A stretch of DNA of 46,400 nucleotides from a virus. Position numbers and translations under genes: made by a program. This document shows positions 17,701 to 27,644 of the stretch, piece after piece. Each line of letters opens with the position of its first letter. Position 1 is the first letter of the stretch. The DNA lies in IMG/VR virus record IMGVR_UViG_3300004889_000001, positions 1 through 46,400 of that record; one strand, 5' to 3'. The notes under the pieces were generated by a model. That model did no database searches and had not been told where the DNA came from. It saw only the letters and a program-made list of their open reading frames with translations.

Positions 17701-19026
17701 TTGATAGTCTATTGGGAAATAGCGACCGCCATTCTGAGTTGCCGTGCCAACGGTGCCTTCAGGGATGAGACCTAGTTCTTCGGCTTGGCGTCCGATTTTC
17801 TCAAACATATTGCTATAAGCATTCACCGCCTTGGTGATGTGTGGATCCGGATGATCGCCTGGAATATCAAAAGCTTCAGAAACCGAGTTCTTGAAATCTT
17901 GAAGACTTGGCGCTTCATTGTTTCCCGGAAGACGGGATTTGAGGTTTGAAGCAGCAATATCCCCAAATTTACGCGCACGGCCTTGGCTCATTTCAATGAA
18001 GATGTCATTTATTTGTTCTTCGACTTCTACAGCAGCCGCGCGAGCAAGTGTTACCTGAGTTTCAACAGGGCCGCGGCTATCCGTGGACGTAATACCTTCT
18101 TCATTTTTATTAAATTTGAACGGAGTTTCTATAAGTGACATCACATCTCTTTGCAGGTCAGCAATGCCGCTATGAAGAGTGCGCGTCATGGGAGACTGAA
18201 AAGAGAGGGCTTTACCAACGCCAAGTGATCCCGTCAGACTTTCTTGCTCTAATGTGGTTGTTTGGACTTGTGCCGCACCGACAGAAGAATTTCCATTAGG
18301 TAGGTCATGCTTTTCCGTCGCAAAGCTGTTAAATACTCTTGATCCAAGATCACTTGTTGAACCGCTTCTACCCTTCACTTCTACGAAGGCTGAAACTGAG
18401 CCGCCAAATATCCCGCCTAATACCGCGCCAGCCAGGATGTTCATTTGAGTTTCTTCAGCCGTGCGCGTCTCTTGCGTGGGGTTTAACGCCAGTTCAGCCA
18501 CAGCCGCGCCGGCAGCACCAGCAACAGCCGTGCGGCCTGTATTTTGCAAAATGGTACTCCCTGCGCGCCCGCCGCGCACAGCAGTCCCGCCAATCGGAAC
18601 CAGGTTTATTGGGTCAACAACAGCGGCCAGAAGACCGGCTACAAAGCCCTCTGCGCCCATAGAGCTAAGAAGTTCCTTATCCGCCAGCTCTTTATCAATC
18701 TTATTTTTGACAACGCGCGCTTCGGCCGCATTCTGCACTCCAATAAAAGACCTAGAGTGAGCTGCATATTCAGTATCTTGAATTGTTGAAAAAATATCAA
18801 AATTAGGGTCAGCTTCAGTATTTAATATGCCAAATTCGCCTCTTTCACGGCGCGCATCAATACGATCACCGCGGGCGCCAAATGCCTCCGCGCCAGAAAA
18901 TATCGTGTTTTCAAGACGAAGGGCAGCTGAGAACGTATCGCCAAAGCCACGGTCAACATGGATATCTAGCTCAGGTTCAACCTGCCTAACACCGCCTGTA
19001 ATAGGTAATGATTTTTCTTCATCCAT
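14713..19026 (-). CDS. Large internal virion / DNA-ejection protein (T7 gp16-like by position), about 1437 aa
   Basis: It is the largest gene and follows the gp15-like gene. It has Gly/Ala-rich hydrophobic segments (about aa 125-215). The ATG at 19026 is preceded by GGAGG. No transglycosylase motif was recognised. Confidence 0.65.
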   Translation of the reverse strand: MDEEKSLPITGGVRQVEPELDIHVDRGFGDTFSAALRLENTIFSGAEAFGARGDRIDARRERGEFGILNTEADPNFDIFSTIQDTEYAAHSRSFIGVQNAAEARVVKNKIDKELADKELLSSMGAEGFVAGLLAAVVDPINLVPIGGTAVRGGRAGSTILQNTGRTAVAGAAGAAVAELALNPTQETRTAEETQMNILAGAVLGGIFGGSVSAFVEVKGRSGSTSDLGSRVFNSFATEKHDLPNGNSSVGAAQVQTTTLEQESLTGSLGVGKALSFQSPMTRTLHSGIADLQRDVMSLIETPFKFNKNEEGITSTDSRGPVETQVTLARAAAVEVEEQINDIFIEMSQGRARKFGDIAASNLKSRLPGNNEAPSLQDFKNSVSEAFDIPGDHPDPHITKAVNAYSNMFEKIGRQAEELGLIPEGTVGTATQNGGRYFPIDYQAEAIIARRPEWEKILADDFEAKAGNAANELNLASEDLLKLKQQRAEVEASLPDNRMLDLVRNGGGGIELTLPKRPIIDILKDRGGVDPDSVLAGELRHAGVTSRTAPGLFKKGGRKSMDDIVVEEFDVLRDNIQNIENSFADPNELIDFIRREVGFDPVRTAEQLQQLSDEVGAAESLGRFLDEHNIDFHVLSNDRIRQRLLTLDEVDLQDIQRFQRDDPGPSQSDFVSSQVSLAKPAADDSFGIHSAEDGFSVRYIMKDGRNLAAVVFKETDRGIEVDNIFASEGVPNETAFNTLGPSVIRGALRAFKQEFPNAKTIFGDRVGGARFGGQHTGNRSVGKPAEVRLPEGRGGQLDPNARTLEELEAEFKEMDRSGVTTRPRFGKVEADRLERLEAKVETLRKLSEANDPVLARELAKEVTDTILGASRTQLPDSVLSGPRGPLKERTLSVDPRKTRDFRNTDITDVGRKYARTTMVDMELVRKFGHTDMRRQLEKYDDAFELKRAKALTGHAAKVLNDGKLDHLSDADKATIRSGSLLNIQQIIDDDFRKLVTESPTVTKELRKLDKQHKQVQNDVATMLKRVRGEMVTPRDPHSIWMKGQRAALAGNYLRLLGFQTVSAIPDLAIPIFKYGFRPFTAGWGQMIGNFKNFNFARKELRGMGVGIEMAWDSRLESLSETFVGEGGSSKFEKAVDGTSRVYGIATLMTPWNALNKQIVGATVSDFIHDAVGRSAAGKLKKAHVAELARMNISPEMSGRIHAMLQEHAPEFKKNRTYNLDQWQDRAAADNIRQAIPAETDRIILTPKNSKPTWMSTPQGQLVGQFKSFGFDAAQSIMVAGLQKRDAETLMGMVMMMSLGAMVYQIKESAAGRATPSFEEDPGKWFTEAFDRSGMTGWLMDVNNVTEKVTRGKVGLSALTNSGPASRYASRNVLGAILGPSAGLVDDFSSVTGSAFQGDWTDKDTARARRLIPFQNALGIRRIFDEFEEGLNKALGVDN

Positions 19027-19081
19027 GAAAGCCTCCATTCAATGAAGGCAAACTACATTTTAAAGTGAGAATGGCAATCGC

Positions 19082-21286
19082 TTATAAAATCTGCGACAGT
19101 GAAGCGATATAGTCAGCCCCGGTCTGACTTTCAATTGTCATAGGTTCACCAAAGGTTTTGAACCTGTGAATTTCACGGTTGCGAGCTATTTCATCCGCCT
19201 CCGCTTTCATCTGACGCTTCTTCTCAGATGAGTTTTCCCAATCAGGTTTAAATCGCACAGGCAGACCATTCCTGATTAATGGGTAACGTCCAGTCCCGCC
19301 AAATCCATCATCTGCCGTAAACCAGATCGCATAAGACCCATCACCGCGGGCCGTGTCTAAATCAGAAACTAGAGTTGCGCGCTTGGCCAACGGCACAAAG
19401 TCTTTTGTCTTAAAACTATCAGCATCAGCGGCAGAGAGTACCTTGCGGAATTCTTCTTTCATCCATTTGGCATTTTGCTTGTCCGAAAGCCCTGCAACGG
19501 CAAACATTTTCTCTGGAGGATGGCGCATTACTTGATCTTTACCGAACAGCTCCGTGCCGCCCCAAACAGTTTGTATTCTTTGTTGGGCTATATGCTGCGC
19601 GGCTGCTTCATCACCCGTCGCCAGAAATTCAGCTTCATATAGAGCCGCATAATCAGCTCTAGCCCCAACACTGTCTTTGAAGCCATCAATCTCCAAGTCC
19701 TTAATGCCGGCATCCACAGCATCGCTCAGAACCTTTTTTGATAATTGTGCATTGCGGGCCTTACGAACATTATCATCAGTGAACAGGCTTTCTCTTGCAC
19801 GGATCATAGCATTCTCAGGAGATTGCCCGGCTTCCATCAACATATTTGCAAAAGACGAAAGACGGCGCGCTTTTTCTGGAAACTGTGTAAATGCCAGTGG
19901 GGCTTCACGCTGAATAGCCGAAAGCATATTCACAGCTTGAACCTGAGTTTCACCCTCGCCATTGAAAAGCTGGCCCACAATACCATTCTCTAAACCCCGA
20001 GGCACAATATTCGTGCGTGAGACAAAATCTACCGCAACACCAATAGGATCTTCACTTTGAGCCATTTGCTTTGAAATCGTAGTGTCAAAGTAACTGGAAA
20101 CCGCGTTTTGATGTTTTGTATCCAGAGGATTTAACGTTGATTGCCCATTAATCAGCCCTTCGACATGCGCCGTTGCGCGGGCTTCTTTCAGTTGTTTTTC
20201 CCGTACTGTGTCAGCCTTAATCGTCAATTCTGCATATTTAGCCGGCGTAAGGTCTGATTTGTGCTTTTCTATATCCTGAAGGCCCAATTCACCCCGAGAG
20301 ATACCAATAGCCAAATTGGCAGAAATTGTATCACGGCGCAGCTTTTCCTCTTTATCCATCCGCCCAATACTGGCTTCATTCAAATCATGCTTGGCGTTCA
20401 CCTCTTTTCGTAGAGCCGTGCGAAGGGTTTGCGTGTCTTCAGAAGACAAATCAAAACCTTCGACAATATCCTCTATGATACCAAAAGTTTGCTCTAATGA
20501 CGCCTCATTCGCACCACCAGCATCATAAACATCATTTACGGCCTTGAATGCCGCAGTCTTCTTTAGGTTCTCACCTAATTTACTGAGAGCCTGGGCCGCT
20601 TCATCATCTGAATAGGCGAAAGCAGGATTGCCGGCTTTAATCGCATAATTGGCTTGAACATCATTCAGAAGCTTTGTGAATGCAGGATCATTCATGCCTT
20701 CCAAACCATTGGCCCGGACAAACTTCTCTAATTTCTCAGTTCCGACTTCAATCCGAGCATTAAGGCCGCTTTCAGCCTCTTGAGTGTCTTTCTTGCGGCG
20801 CGCCGTAGCGATACGCGAAAGTCCGTTCTTCAGTTCCCCGCGAATAGAAGTTTCTACCGTGGCGGCCAAGTCAGACGGAATATCACCGCCTAAATAGCCC
20901 TTAAGCCAGCTCTCAGCGCTGTCAGAGAACGCTTTAGGGTCAAGTGAGTGTTCTGCCTCTAATTCAGCCAATCGCGTCTCAGCGGCGGTCTCAGCGCGCT
21001 GGATGGCCAAAACCTCAGAGACATTTTCGTAAGCTTCATCCGTAACGCGAAATATATCCAAAGCGTTACGCTCACGTTCAGGCACACTTAATGTTCCACG
21101 TGGAGCATTTTTTCCGTCTTCAATCGCTTGTTCAGTGCCTTTACGGATTTCAGCTTCTTTCAATTCCGCACCAATGCGGCCAGCAACTTGAGCCGCGGCA
21201 CCGAAAGCGCTCGATACAGCCCCAAAGCCACCATCCGTTACGCCAGAGGGCGGCGCGACAACACCTTGTCTATCAATTTCTGGCAT
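19082..21286 (-). CDS. Internal virion protein (T7 gp15-like by position), 734 aa
   Basis: Called from size and order (gp12-like, 137 aa, 734 aa, 1437 aa). The sequence looks largely helical. Confidence 0.55.
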   Translation of the reverse strand: MPEIDRQGVVAPPSGVTDGGFGAVSSAFGAAAQVAGRIGAELKEAEIRKGTEQAIEDGKNAPRGTLSVPERERNALDIFRVTDEAYENVSEVLAIQRAETAAETRLAELEAEHSLDPKAFSDSAESWLKGYLGGDIPSDLAATVETSIRGELKNGLSRIATARRKKDTQEAESGLNARIEVGTEKLEKFVRANGLEGMNDPAFTKLLNDVQANYAIKAGNPAFAYSDDEAAQALSKLGENLKKTAAFKAVNDVYDAGGANEASLEQTFGIIEDIVEGFDLSSEDTQTLRTALRKEVNAKHDLNEASIGRMDKEEKLRRDTISANLAIGISRGELGLQDIEKHKSDLTPAKYAELTIKADTVREKQLKEARATAHVEGLINGQSTLNPLDTKHQNAVSSYFDTTISKQMAQSEDPIGVAVDFVSRTNIVPRGLENGIVGQLFNGEGETQVQAVNMLSAIQREAPLAFTQFPEKARRLSSFANMLMEAGQSPENAMIRARESLFTDDNVRKARNAQLSKKVLSDAVDAGIKDLEIDGFKDSVGARADYAALYEAEFLATGDEAAAQHIAQQRIQTVWGGTELFGKDQVMRHPPEKMFAVAGLSDKQNAKWMKEEFRKVLSAADADSFKTKDFVPLAKRATLVSDLDTARGDGSYAIWFTADDGFGGTGRYPLIRNGLPVRFKPDWENSSEKKRQMKAEADEIARNREIHRFKTFGEPMTIESQTGADYIASLSQIL

Positions 21287-21298
21287 CTATGGACCCCC

Positions 21299-21712
21299 TT
21301 ATGGACCGGACAAACCGCTCGCCAAGCCTAGTCCTGTATTGGCTATAGTGGAGAAGAATGAGAATTTAGCAGACTTTTTCAATGACGCCGCTTGTCGGTT
21401 TAAACTATCTTCACGAAGATGTGAGGACAATAAAGCCGTGTTTTCATTTCTATCGGCATTAGAGAGGGTCTTTTGCCGACGCGCACTCGTCCCAAAACTT
21501 TCACGGACATTACGTGTCGCCTTAAGGGCTTCAATCGTGTTCAGCGCGCCGTTCAATCTTTCCCGGTGAAGCACCGAGGTTTGCCGGCCTTGAAGATTTT
21601 GTATCTTTGCTTGGTGTTCTAATTCGCGGGCCTGTCTATTCAGGCTTTTGGATTGGAAGACGCCCGACGCCAACGAAAGGCCAGCTTGAGCAAATGGTAA
21701 AGCTTGCGACAT
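21299..21712 (-). CDS. Small internal virion protein (T7 gp13/gp14-like by position)
   Basis: 137-aa ORF immediately after the gp12-like gene, with a 1-nt overlap. Confidence 0.45.
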   Translation of the reverse strand: MSQALPFAQAGLSLASGVFQSKSLNRQARELEHQAKIQNLQGRQTSVLHRERLNGALNTIEALKATRNVRESFGTSARRQKTLSNADRNENTALLSSHLREDSLNRQAASLKKSAKFSFFSTIANTGLGLASGLSGP

Positions 21713-23844
21713 TATTTTGCCCTCATTCTCATAGTTATAGACCGTATGTGCAGCGGTGATCCAGTGTTTTCCGCCTGAGTAATGGTTATCACACGATTGT
21801 ATGACGAGCCAAGCTGAGATGCGCGGTCTTCTCGATCACCAACTTCAGGCAGGTTTCCCGTATCAGGCGCGTAAGCATAACCATCCATTTCAACACCCTG
21901 AAGCATATAGCGGCCCGTATCTATGACATCAGTATAAATATCCGCCGCACGACGGCGCTGGCGTCCCGCTTGGCCAATGACCATAGGAGCGGGCTCTATT
22001 GTAACCGAAAAGTCATATCCATAATAATCTACGTTTGGATTTGGAGAGCTCAATAATTGCTCATCAAAAACATGATTTTGAAATAAAACATGGAAGATAG
22101 GATCAAAGGTTGCTTGGCTTGGCTTGGCAAAACCAGTTCCACCAGATCCGTTTGGACCAACACCATTTCCCGCCTCGTTATTCCATTGACCATCAATGAC
22201 GGCATCAAATGTAAGTCTTTCGAGTTGAGTATAGAAAAGTGTTTGAGCCAGAAGATAAACTTCACCGCGCCAGCTCGCCACGCCATGAAAGCTAGAGTTA
22301 CCACCCCGCTCCCAAGGCACCCAGCCAGCCTGATCAGAACCGCGATTGTGATTAAACACCGCCGCAGTTCCGTCTTGATTTACGACCATCAGTAAATGTT
22401 CAGGGCGACCGCCGCCAATCCCAACAGAATAGCTCATATACTTTGGGGTTTTGATTAAATGATAACCAAGTTTTGAGATGTCTTGCAAAGTCCAGGCAGC
22501 GCGATTGGTGCCTGTCATTGTGGCCAATATAACCCGATCTTTGATGTCGATAAAAACAACACCATCAGTTGTGAGAACAGGGGGCAACTCACCAATTTCA
22601 TCAGGGGAAATGTAATTGAAATTTATCAGTGACGGAGTGAATAAGCGATTACCGCCTTCATCAACATAATAGGTTCCGCGGTCTGTGTTGATAAAGAGCT
22701 GTTCAGATGAAGACAGAGCCTTAATCTTCATGTTTGGGTCCATACCCATACGGGCACTTATGCTATCGGCATCATCGCCATCACCAACATCAAAATCATC
22801 AATAGTTTTTTTTGCAGACGCTACCAGTAAATTTGGCGCTTGCGGAAAGCCGGCGAAACAAAGTCTGTTTCTGTGTAATGCCGCCGTAGACGGAAAACCG
22901 CGAGCTGGCGTGATCAGTTCTTCAAACCAAATAGGAATAGCAGCCGGGGCAACAGTCATGACAACATCATTGATAGCCGAAGCCCCACCCGGACCAATAA
23001 GATCATCAGACACCGACACATCAGGGATACTATAGCTATTCGTAAGAGCAACCTGCACAAAATTGCCAGCAACCGCTGTGACAATACCTCTAACCTGCGT
23101 GACATCAGTTTGAACCGCATCACCAACACTAAAAACGTTGCTATCAAGCACCCCAAGATTTATAGTAGGATAAAGCCTGTCAATTATGTCAACATTTGCA
23201 GAAGTAGGCGAATTCACAGCTGTAACTCGGAATTGGGCGCCAAACCCATAGAGGAAATTTACACCCACATAATCTGCCGTCAAAAACGGGACGCTGAATA
23301 TAGCCGTCTGTGCGCCCGTGTAGCCCGTTAATCGAACCGTGCCCCCGTCATTATCAAATCTGGCAAAAGGCGCATACACACGCGTAGAGCCGCTATCTGT
23401 GCGCCATACGAAATCTTCCAAGGACCAAATGCCAGTAACGGTATCAATTGTGCAATTCAGAGGGAAAAACCCCTGATGAACAAATATCAATCTATCCTCT
23501 TCATTTACGACAGTGACGTTAGGAATTGTCGCTTCTGTCCATGGCGCCGGCAATGTCTGAAGAATAAAGTTATCTCCATCATAAACATCTAACGCGCCGT
23601 CTCTCATCACCATAAACTGAAAAGTGTTGTCCAATAGATCAAATATTATCAAGCGGCCAACATCTTCAACCTCACCAAGATACATTGAGCCTGGCCGTCT
23701 CAGAATAGTTCCAGCCTGAGTGATAAAACAATTGGTGCCAGTTTTAAGACCCTGCTTAGTCAGTTCACCGCCGACGCGCTGAAGATATTCAGGAGCGAGG
23801 ACGCCAGCAGCAAAGTTGTTTCTGAAATCCGTATAGCGCCGCAT
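21712..23844 (-). CDS. Tail tubular protein B / nozzle (T7 gp12-like)
   Basis: LHRNRLCFAGFPQAPNLLVASAKKTIDDFDVGDGDDADSISA...SSSEQLFINTD aligns with T7 gp12 FFRNRLGFLSGENIILSRTAKYFNFY...DDDPIDVAV...SEELLIWSD. Confidence 0.8.
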   Translation of the reverse strand: MRRYTDFRNNFAAGVLAPEYLQRVGGELTKQGLKTGTNCFITQAGTILRRPGSMYLGEVEDVGRLIIFDLLDNTFQFMVMRDGALDVYDGDNFILQTLPAPWTEATIPNVTVVNEEDRLIFVHQGFFPLNCTIDTVTGIWSLEDFVWRTDSGSTRVYAPFARFDNDGGTVRLTGYTGAQTAIFSVPFLTADYVGVNFLYGFGAQFRVTAVNSPTSANVDIIDRLYPTINLGVLDSNVFSVGDAVQTDVTQVRGIVTAVAGNFVQVALTNSYSIPDVSVSDDLIGPGGASAINDVVMTVAPAAIPIWFEELITPARGFPSTAALHRNRLCFAGFPQAPNLLVASAKKTIDDFDVGDGDDADSISARMGMDPNMKIKALSSSEQLFINTDRGTYYVDEGGNRLFTPSLINFNYISPDEIGELPPVLTTDGVVFIDIKDRVILATMTGTNRAAWTLQDISKLGYHLIKTPKYMSYSVGIGGGRPEHLLMVVNQDGTAAVFNHNRGSDQAGWVPWERGGNSSFHGVASWRGEVYLLAQTLFYTQLERLTFDAVIDGQWNNEAGNGVGPNGSGGTGFAKPSQATFDPIFHVLFQNHVFDEQLLSSPNPNVDYYGYDFSVTIEPAPMVIGQAGRQRRRAADIYTDVIDTGRYMLQGVEMDGYAYAPDTGNLPEVGDREDRASQLGSSYNRVITITQAENTGSPLHIRSITMRMRAK

Positions 23845-23846
23845 CT

Positions 23847-24449
23847 TTAACCGTGCCTTCCAAAGCCTTGACGTGCAGCAGCCACACGGCCGCCATCATT
23901 GCGATGACGATTGCCAGTGACGTTGAATTCACGCGCATAGGCTTCTACCATAAACACTCTAGCGGCTTGCATATCCGCATTACCTTCACTGTAATCTTGA
24001 AGAACAGACTTTCGGATTAGACCTTCAAAATACATTCTCATTCCGTCACGAAATTCAGCGGACCAAAGATCCACTGGAGCCCAATAAGTATGATCCATAA
24101 TAATCTCATCACTATCAACGTGCGTTACAAGCGTAGAGCCAATGATTTTATATTCTCTGAGATTACACCTCCCAATGCGGACGCGGCGGATCTTCAGAAA
24201 GTCAACAGGGAGGTTATAAACAAAATCATCAAACCCATCTTGGCCATTATTCACTTGCGACTTCACGAGGGTTAATTCACGCCGAGAAAACGCCCAATTG
24301 TGCGTTGTCATCATCCGCTTTGAAATGCTTTCGCCCACGCCACGGAAGACCGCAGCAAACGCCGAATTATCATTTTCATTAATAGGAGCCTCACCTACTG
24401 AAAGCATGGCTTCGTTAAAAACATCAATCAAATTTGTAAATATGGTCAT
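23847..24449 (-). CDS. Tail tubular protein A / adaptor (T7 gp11-like)
   Basis: 200 aa, compared with 196 aa for T7 gp11. The N-terminus NEAMLSVGEAPINEND parallels T7 NDILASIGEPPVSTLEGD. It lies directly upstream of the gp12-like gene. Confidence 0.7.
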   Translation of the reverse strand: MTIFTNLIDVFNEAMLSVGEAPINENDNSAFAAVFRGVGESISKRMMTTHNWAFSRRELTLVKSQVNNGQDGFDDFVYNLPVDFLKIRRVRIGRCNLREYKIIGSTLVTHVDSDEIIMDHTYWAPVDLWSAEFRDGMRMYFEGLIRKSVLQDYSEGNADMQAARVFMVEAYAREFNVTGNRHRNDGGRVAAARQGFGRHG

Positions 24450-24485
24450 GCCATAACATCACCAATTTTGGGAAAAAAGCAACGG

Positions 24486-24522
24486 CCAAAGAAAAACCCC
24501 TGCCGAAATTCATCGACAGGGG
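24486..24522 (-). terminator. Rho-independent terminator after the head genes
   Basis: Minus strand: CCCCTG (14-nt loop) CAGGGG followed by TTTTTCTTTGG. It sits in the 100-nt gap between the 152-aa gene and the adaptor gene. Confidence 0.5.
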
Positions 24523-24549
24523 TGAAATGCAGCGTGAATGCATCTGGGT

Positions 24550-25008
24550 TTATTCGGCTTCAGCAGCCTTTTTAACAGCAGTCATGTGGCGAATATAAGC
24601 TAGGTGTTCTGAGCCTTGCAGTTCACGGCCGAGATATTCAGCCAGAGCAGCTTTCTTAACCAAACCTGTTTTAGTAAGGCGTTCATCATCTTCCACATTT
24701 TCAGAAGTGATAAGTTGATGTGCGTCAAGAATGTCTGGAGCAATTTCTACCGGAGTATCATCGCCAGAGCCTTCATCCTTTTTAGACCCGCCACCCGCGG
24801 CCGCAGCCATGCGACGATCAACTTCGTCTTGAATGCGCTTATCCTCTTGAACCTTCGCAAAAGCAGCCAACGCTACATAGCGATTACTGTTTTTGTTCTG
24901 AAGAATTTCACGAGCCGTTGGAGCGGTGACACGAAGCTGCTTGCCATAAGAGCCTTCCGCCGTATCAACCAGTATTACCTTGCCATCTTTTTCACGTTTT
25001 AAGTTCAT
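24550..25008 (-). CDS. Head-associated protein (152 aa)
   Basis: Located in the head module. It has a Gly/acidic linker, and the C-terminal LTKTGLVKKAALAEYLGREL resembles a SAP/HeH-like helix pair. Confidence 0.5.
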   Translation of the reverse strand: MNLKREKDGKVILVDTAEGSYGKQLRVTAPTAREILQNKNSNRYVALAAFAKVQEDKRIQDEVDRRMAAAAGGGSKKDEGSGDDTPVEIAPDILDAHQLITSENVEDDERLTKTGLVKKAALAEYLGRELQGSEHLAYIRHMTAVKKAAEAE

Positions 25009-25043
25009 TTAACCGTCCTTTATTGAGGTCTTAAAAATTCGCC

Positions 25044-25535
25044 TTACGGCATGAATGGTCCGTTAGCGCGGCCAACGAATGCGTTCACTTCAATCGCTCC
25101 AGCACCAACTTTGAATGCGCGGAGATAGCGATAAATCACATCACCTTGCTCATTCACAAATGGGGCTTCATAGCGATCAGGGAGCGCGTCAACGTTGGCA
25201 CCGCCGAGATGTCCGCCGCCGACATTTAGAGGAATAGAAGCCAGATTAATGACATCACCGCTGAAATCTTCAGTGTCAGATCCTTGGACCAAGAAGGTCG
25301 TTTGACCAGCAACGCTGCCAACATCAACAACCGCAACGCCAGAGAAGGCAGCCGTGTCTGAGCCAAGGTCAATAACCTGATCAGCACCGTTGACTTGCCC
25401 AACACTATTGGCGGCCATTGTCAGAGGGGTGTAATTACCCGAACCATCAGCAGCTAGGGCGGTATCAGTTGCAGCAATCGTCATGTGTAGAGCGAGAGCG
25501 GCATCGAAAGTATATGTACGTGGACGAGTAACCAT
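25044..25535 (-). CDS. Virion protein downstream of the capsid gene (possible decoration or minor capsid protein), 163 aa
   Basis: Called from position. The composition is Ala/Gly/Val-rich and looks beta-like. Confidence 0.5.
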   Translation of the reverse strand: MVTRPRTYTFDAALALHMTIAATDTALAADGSGNYTPLTMAANSVGQVNGADQVIDLGSDTAAFSGVAVVDVGSVAGQTTFLVQGSDTEDFSGDVINLASIPLNVGGGHLGGANVDALPDRYEAPFVNEQGDVIYRYLRAFKVGAGAIEVNAFVGRANGPFMP

Positions 25536-25594
25536 GTCCGTTTTCCTTTACAAAAAGAGTTCACCCGGCGCCAATGCGCCAGATGTTGAATTAT

Positions 25595-26533
25595 TTAGGC
25601 GATGATTGGAGCGTCTGAGATGCCCTGTAACCGACCAGCGGAATATGGGTTTTCGATACACATACCATTATACCATTCCATCCGTGTACGCTTGGCGGGC
25701 TTGTCTTCAAGCTCTCCAAGGTCGCGTGTCATGATGGGACTGTCCTGCAATCCGCAAACGTAGCCGTCACTGAAGTTCACCGCGTAAATGGAAGACGTTT
25801 CAGCCGCCCCGCCACCAGGCGCAACTTCTGTAAATGGTAAGATACGGTCTTCAGGACCAACTTCATAACCAACCAACATAGGAATGCCGTTATACATCAT
25901 CACAGGCTTACCAAGCTCGTCAATGGATTGCTCAATGTTGCCCGTCAAAGACTGGTTACGACGCAGAGCAGAGAAATGAACGTCGCGGAAACGGCGGTTC
26001 ATTATCAAATGTGTCACGCCGCTTACACGGGAACAAAGATCATCTAAGGCCATCAGTGAGAGAGGCGCACCGCCAGCAGCGCCGGCCGAGTTATCAACCA
26101 GCTGATCACCGCGGAGACGGCGTTGAAGGCCGTCAAACTCACGAACATTCGTAGAGTTATCACCGCTAAGAATGGCGTTGGTGACATTCCGAGAGAGGCG
26201 CTTAAGCTTCTTCATCTCTTCCCGCGCACGACGACCGCCGCCTTGGGTCTTGAGCAAGAACATGTCCACATCCATGTCGCCACCAGCAATGAAGAGGCTT
26301 TCAACTTGGGGATTTTCAACGCCGATGTCCGGTGTATAACTTTCGTTAATACCACGGAAGGCAATGCCGCCACCCTCATCTTCGATTGTGTAAGGGTACG
26401 CGCCGCCATTGACATTTTTGTACGGCAAGGCCGCGATAATGTCAGATTGTTTGGCGAAAATTTCAACATAGGCCCGAGTAAGAGCACTGGTGCCCTCAGT
26501 CTTACTATGCTCTACAATGGTCATTGCCTTCAT
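25595..26533 (-). CDS. Major capsid protein
   Basis: 312-aa ORF directly after the acidic scaffold gene and before the adaptor gene. A GGAGCC lies upstream. Size and position are typical of HK97-fold capsid proteins. Confidence 0.75.
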   Translation of the reverse strand: MKAMTIVEHSKTEGTSALTRAYVEIFAKQSDIIAALPYKNVNGGAYPYTIEDEGGGIAFRGINESYTPDIGVENPQVESLFIAGGDMDVDMFLLKTQGGGRRAREEMKKLKRLSRNVTNAILSGDNSTNVREFDGLQRRLRGDQLVDNSAGAAGGAPLSLMALDDLCSRVSGVTHLIMNRRFRDVHFSALRRNQSLTGNIEQSIDELGKPVMMYNGIPMLVGYEVGPEDRILPFTEVAPGGGAAETSSIYAVNFSDGYVCGLQDSPIMTRDLGELEDKPAKRTRMEWYNGMCIENPYSAGRLQGISDAPIIA

Positions 26534-26548
26534 GATTTGGCTCCTTCG

Positions 26549-27385
26549 TTAGACCGGTTCGTTTGATCGCATGTGCATTAAAGCATCTTCACCGCTAAGA
26601 CCGTCCAAATCATTCTTTTTGGCAGACTTACCATCACCGATTTTTCCTTCAGAAGCAAGCCCCACTAATTTTTCTAGTGCCAAAGTCGTTTTTGCGTCGA
26701 CAAAAGCTGGGACTAAATCAGCCTTTAATGCTTCATCTCCAATGGCTTCGATTGAAGTTAAAACAGCCTTAACGCGGGCTTCACCAGTGACATCTTTGCC
26801 CTCTTTGTCCTTAAATGATAACTTGCCAAGTTCTTCAGTGAGGCGAGTTTCTTGAGCCTTTGCAGTTTGCGCGGTGAAATTCTCTTGTGACGCTTTCTGG
26901 ACTTTTGCGTAGAGCCCAAGGGCTTCAGTAAGGGCGCGCTGAGACATCCCATCAGCATGAGCAATTTCACGCATTTGTTGGACAAACTCATCACCTTCAG
27001 CAAATTGGAAAGGATCTCCCTTTTCATCTTTCAGACCGATGTCTTCAGGAAGTGTGAAGTCATATTCGTCCGCAGTTTCCGGGACAACCCGCTCAACCTC
27101 TTCTTCCTCGCCTTCGGTTTCAGTTTCGGCAGGTTTATCATTATCGGCAGATTGGCTATCATCTGCATTATCATCGGCTGTTTCGTCAACTTCATCCGCG
27201 CCGTGGGCAGCTTCAATCACATCTTCAGCAGACTTGCCCTCTTCCGCCGCTGAGACATCATCAGCGCCAGCCGCGCCATCTCCAGTTCCGCCAGTCGCAT
27301 CATCCGCGCCAGCTGTTGATTGTCCGTTATCATCAGGGAAAGGTGCGAATGCAGCTCTATTTAGTAGGTTTAGAAAGTGTCTCAT
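26549..27385 (-). CDS. Scaffolding protein (278 aa from the ATG at 27385)
   Basis: Extremely acidic, low-complexity N-terminal half (runs of D, E, A and G) and a helical C-terminal half. It lies between the portal and capsid genes. Confidence 0.6.
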   Translation of the reverse strand: MRHFLNLLNRAAFAPFPDDNGQSTAGADDATGGTGDGAAGADDVSAAEEGKSAEDVIEAAHGADEVDETADDNADDSQSADNDKPAETETEGEEEEVERVVPETADEYDFTLPEDIGLKDEKGDPFQFAEGDEFVQQMREIAHADGMSQRALTEALGLYAKVQKASQENFTAQTAKAQETRLTEELGKLSFKDKEGKDVTGEARVKAVLTSIEAIGDEALKADLVPAFVDAKTTLALEKLVGLASEGKIGDGKSAKKNDLDGLSGEDALMHMRSNEPV

Positions 27386-27644
27386 TTTTAGGTCCGTCCT
27401 GTTCAATCATATTTAACAATTCTTGAGCCAATGCCTTGCGGCCGCGGTCTTCAAGTAACGCTTCGTATGAATTATCAGGACAAACCGCAAGTAATTCCGC
27501 GGCTAAAAAGTTTTCTAGGTGATTTCCAGCCATAGTTCCGCCCAAAGAACCAAGAAGGTCTTTAGCATTTTTTCTAACGCGGGGCAGATCAGGAGATTGA
27601 GCTTTTCTTAGGTCTTTGAAACGACGAGGATTGTTAGACGACAT
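27357..27644 (-). CDS. Hypothetical protein (95 aa)
   Basis: ORF between the portal and scaffold genes. Its start overlaps the portal stop by 11 nt. Confidence 0.45.
   Translation of the reverse strand: MSSNNPRRFKDLRKAQSPDLPRVRKNAKDLLGSLGGTMAGNHLENFLAAELLAVCPDNSYEALLEDRGRKALAQELLNMIEQDGPKNETLSKPTK

Noticed and set aside
25567-25580. Hairpin GGCGC-CAAT-GCGCC after the capsid gene as a terminator
   Set aside because: The stem is only 5 bp and the T-run on the minus strand begins about 10 nt away. The evidence is too weak. The better terminator is at 24486..24522.
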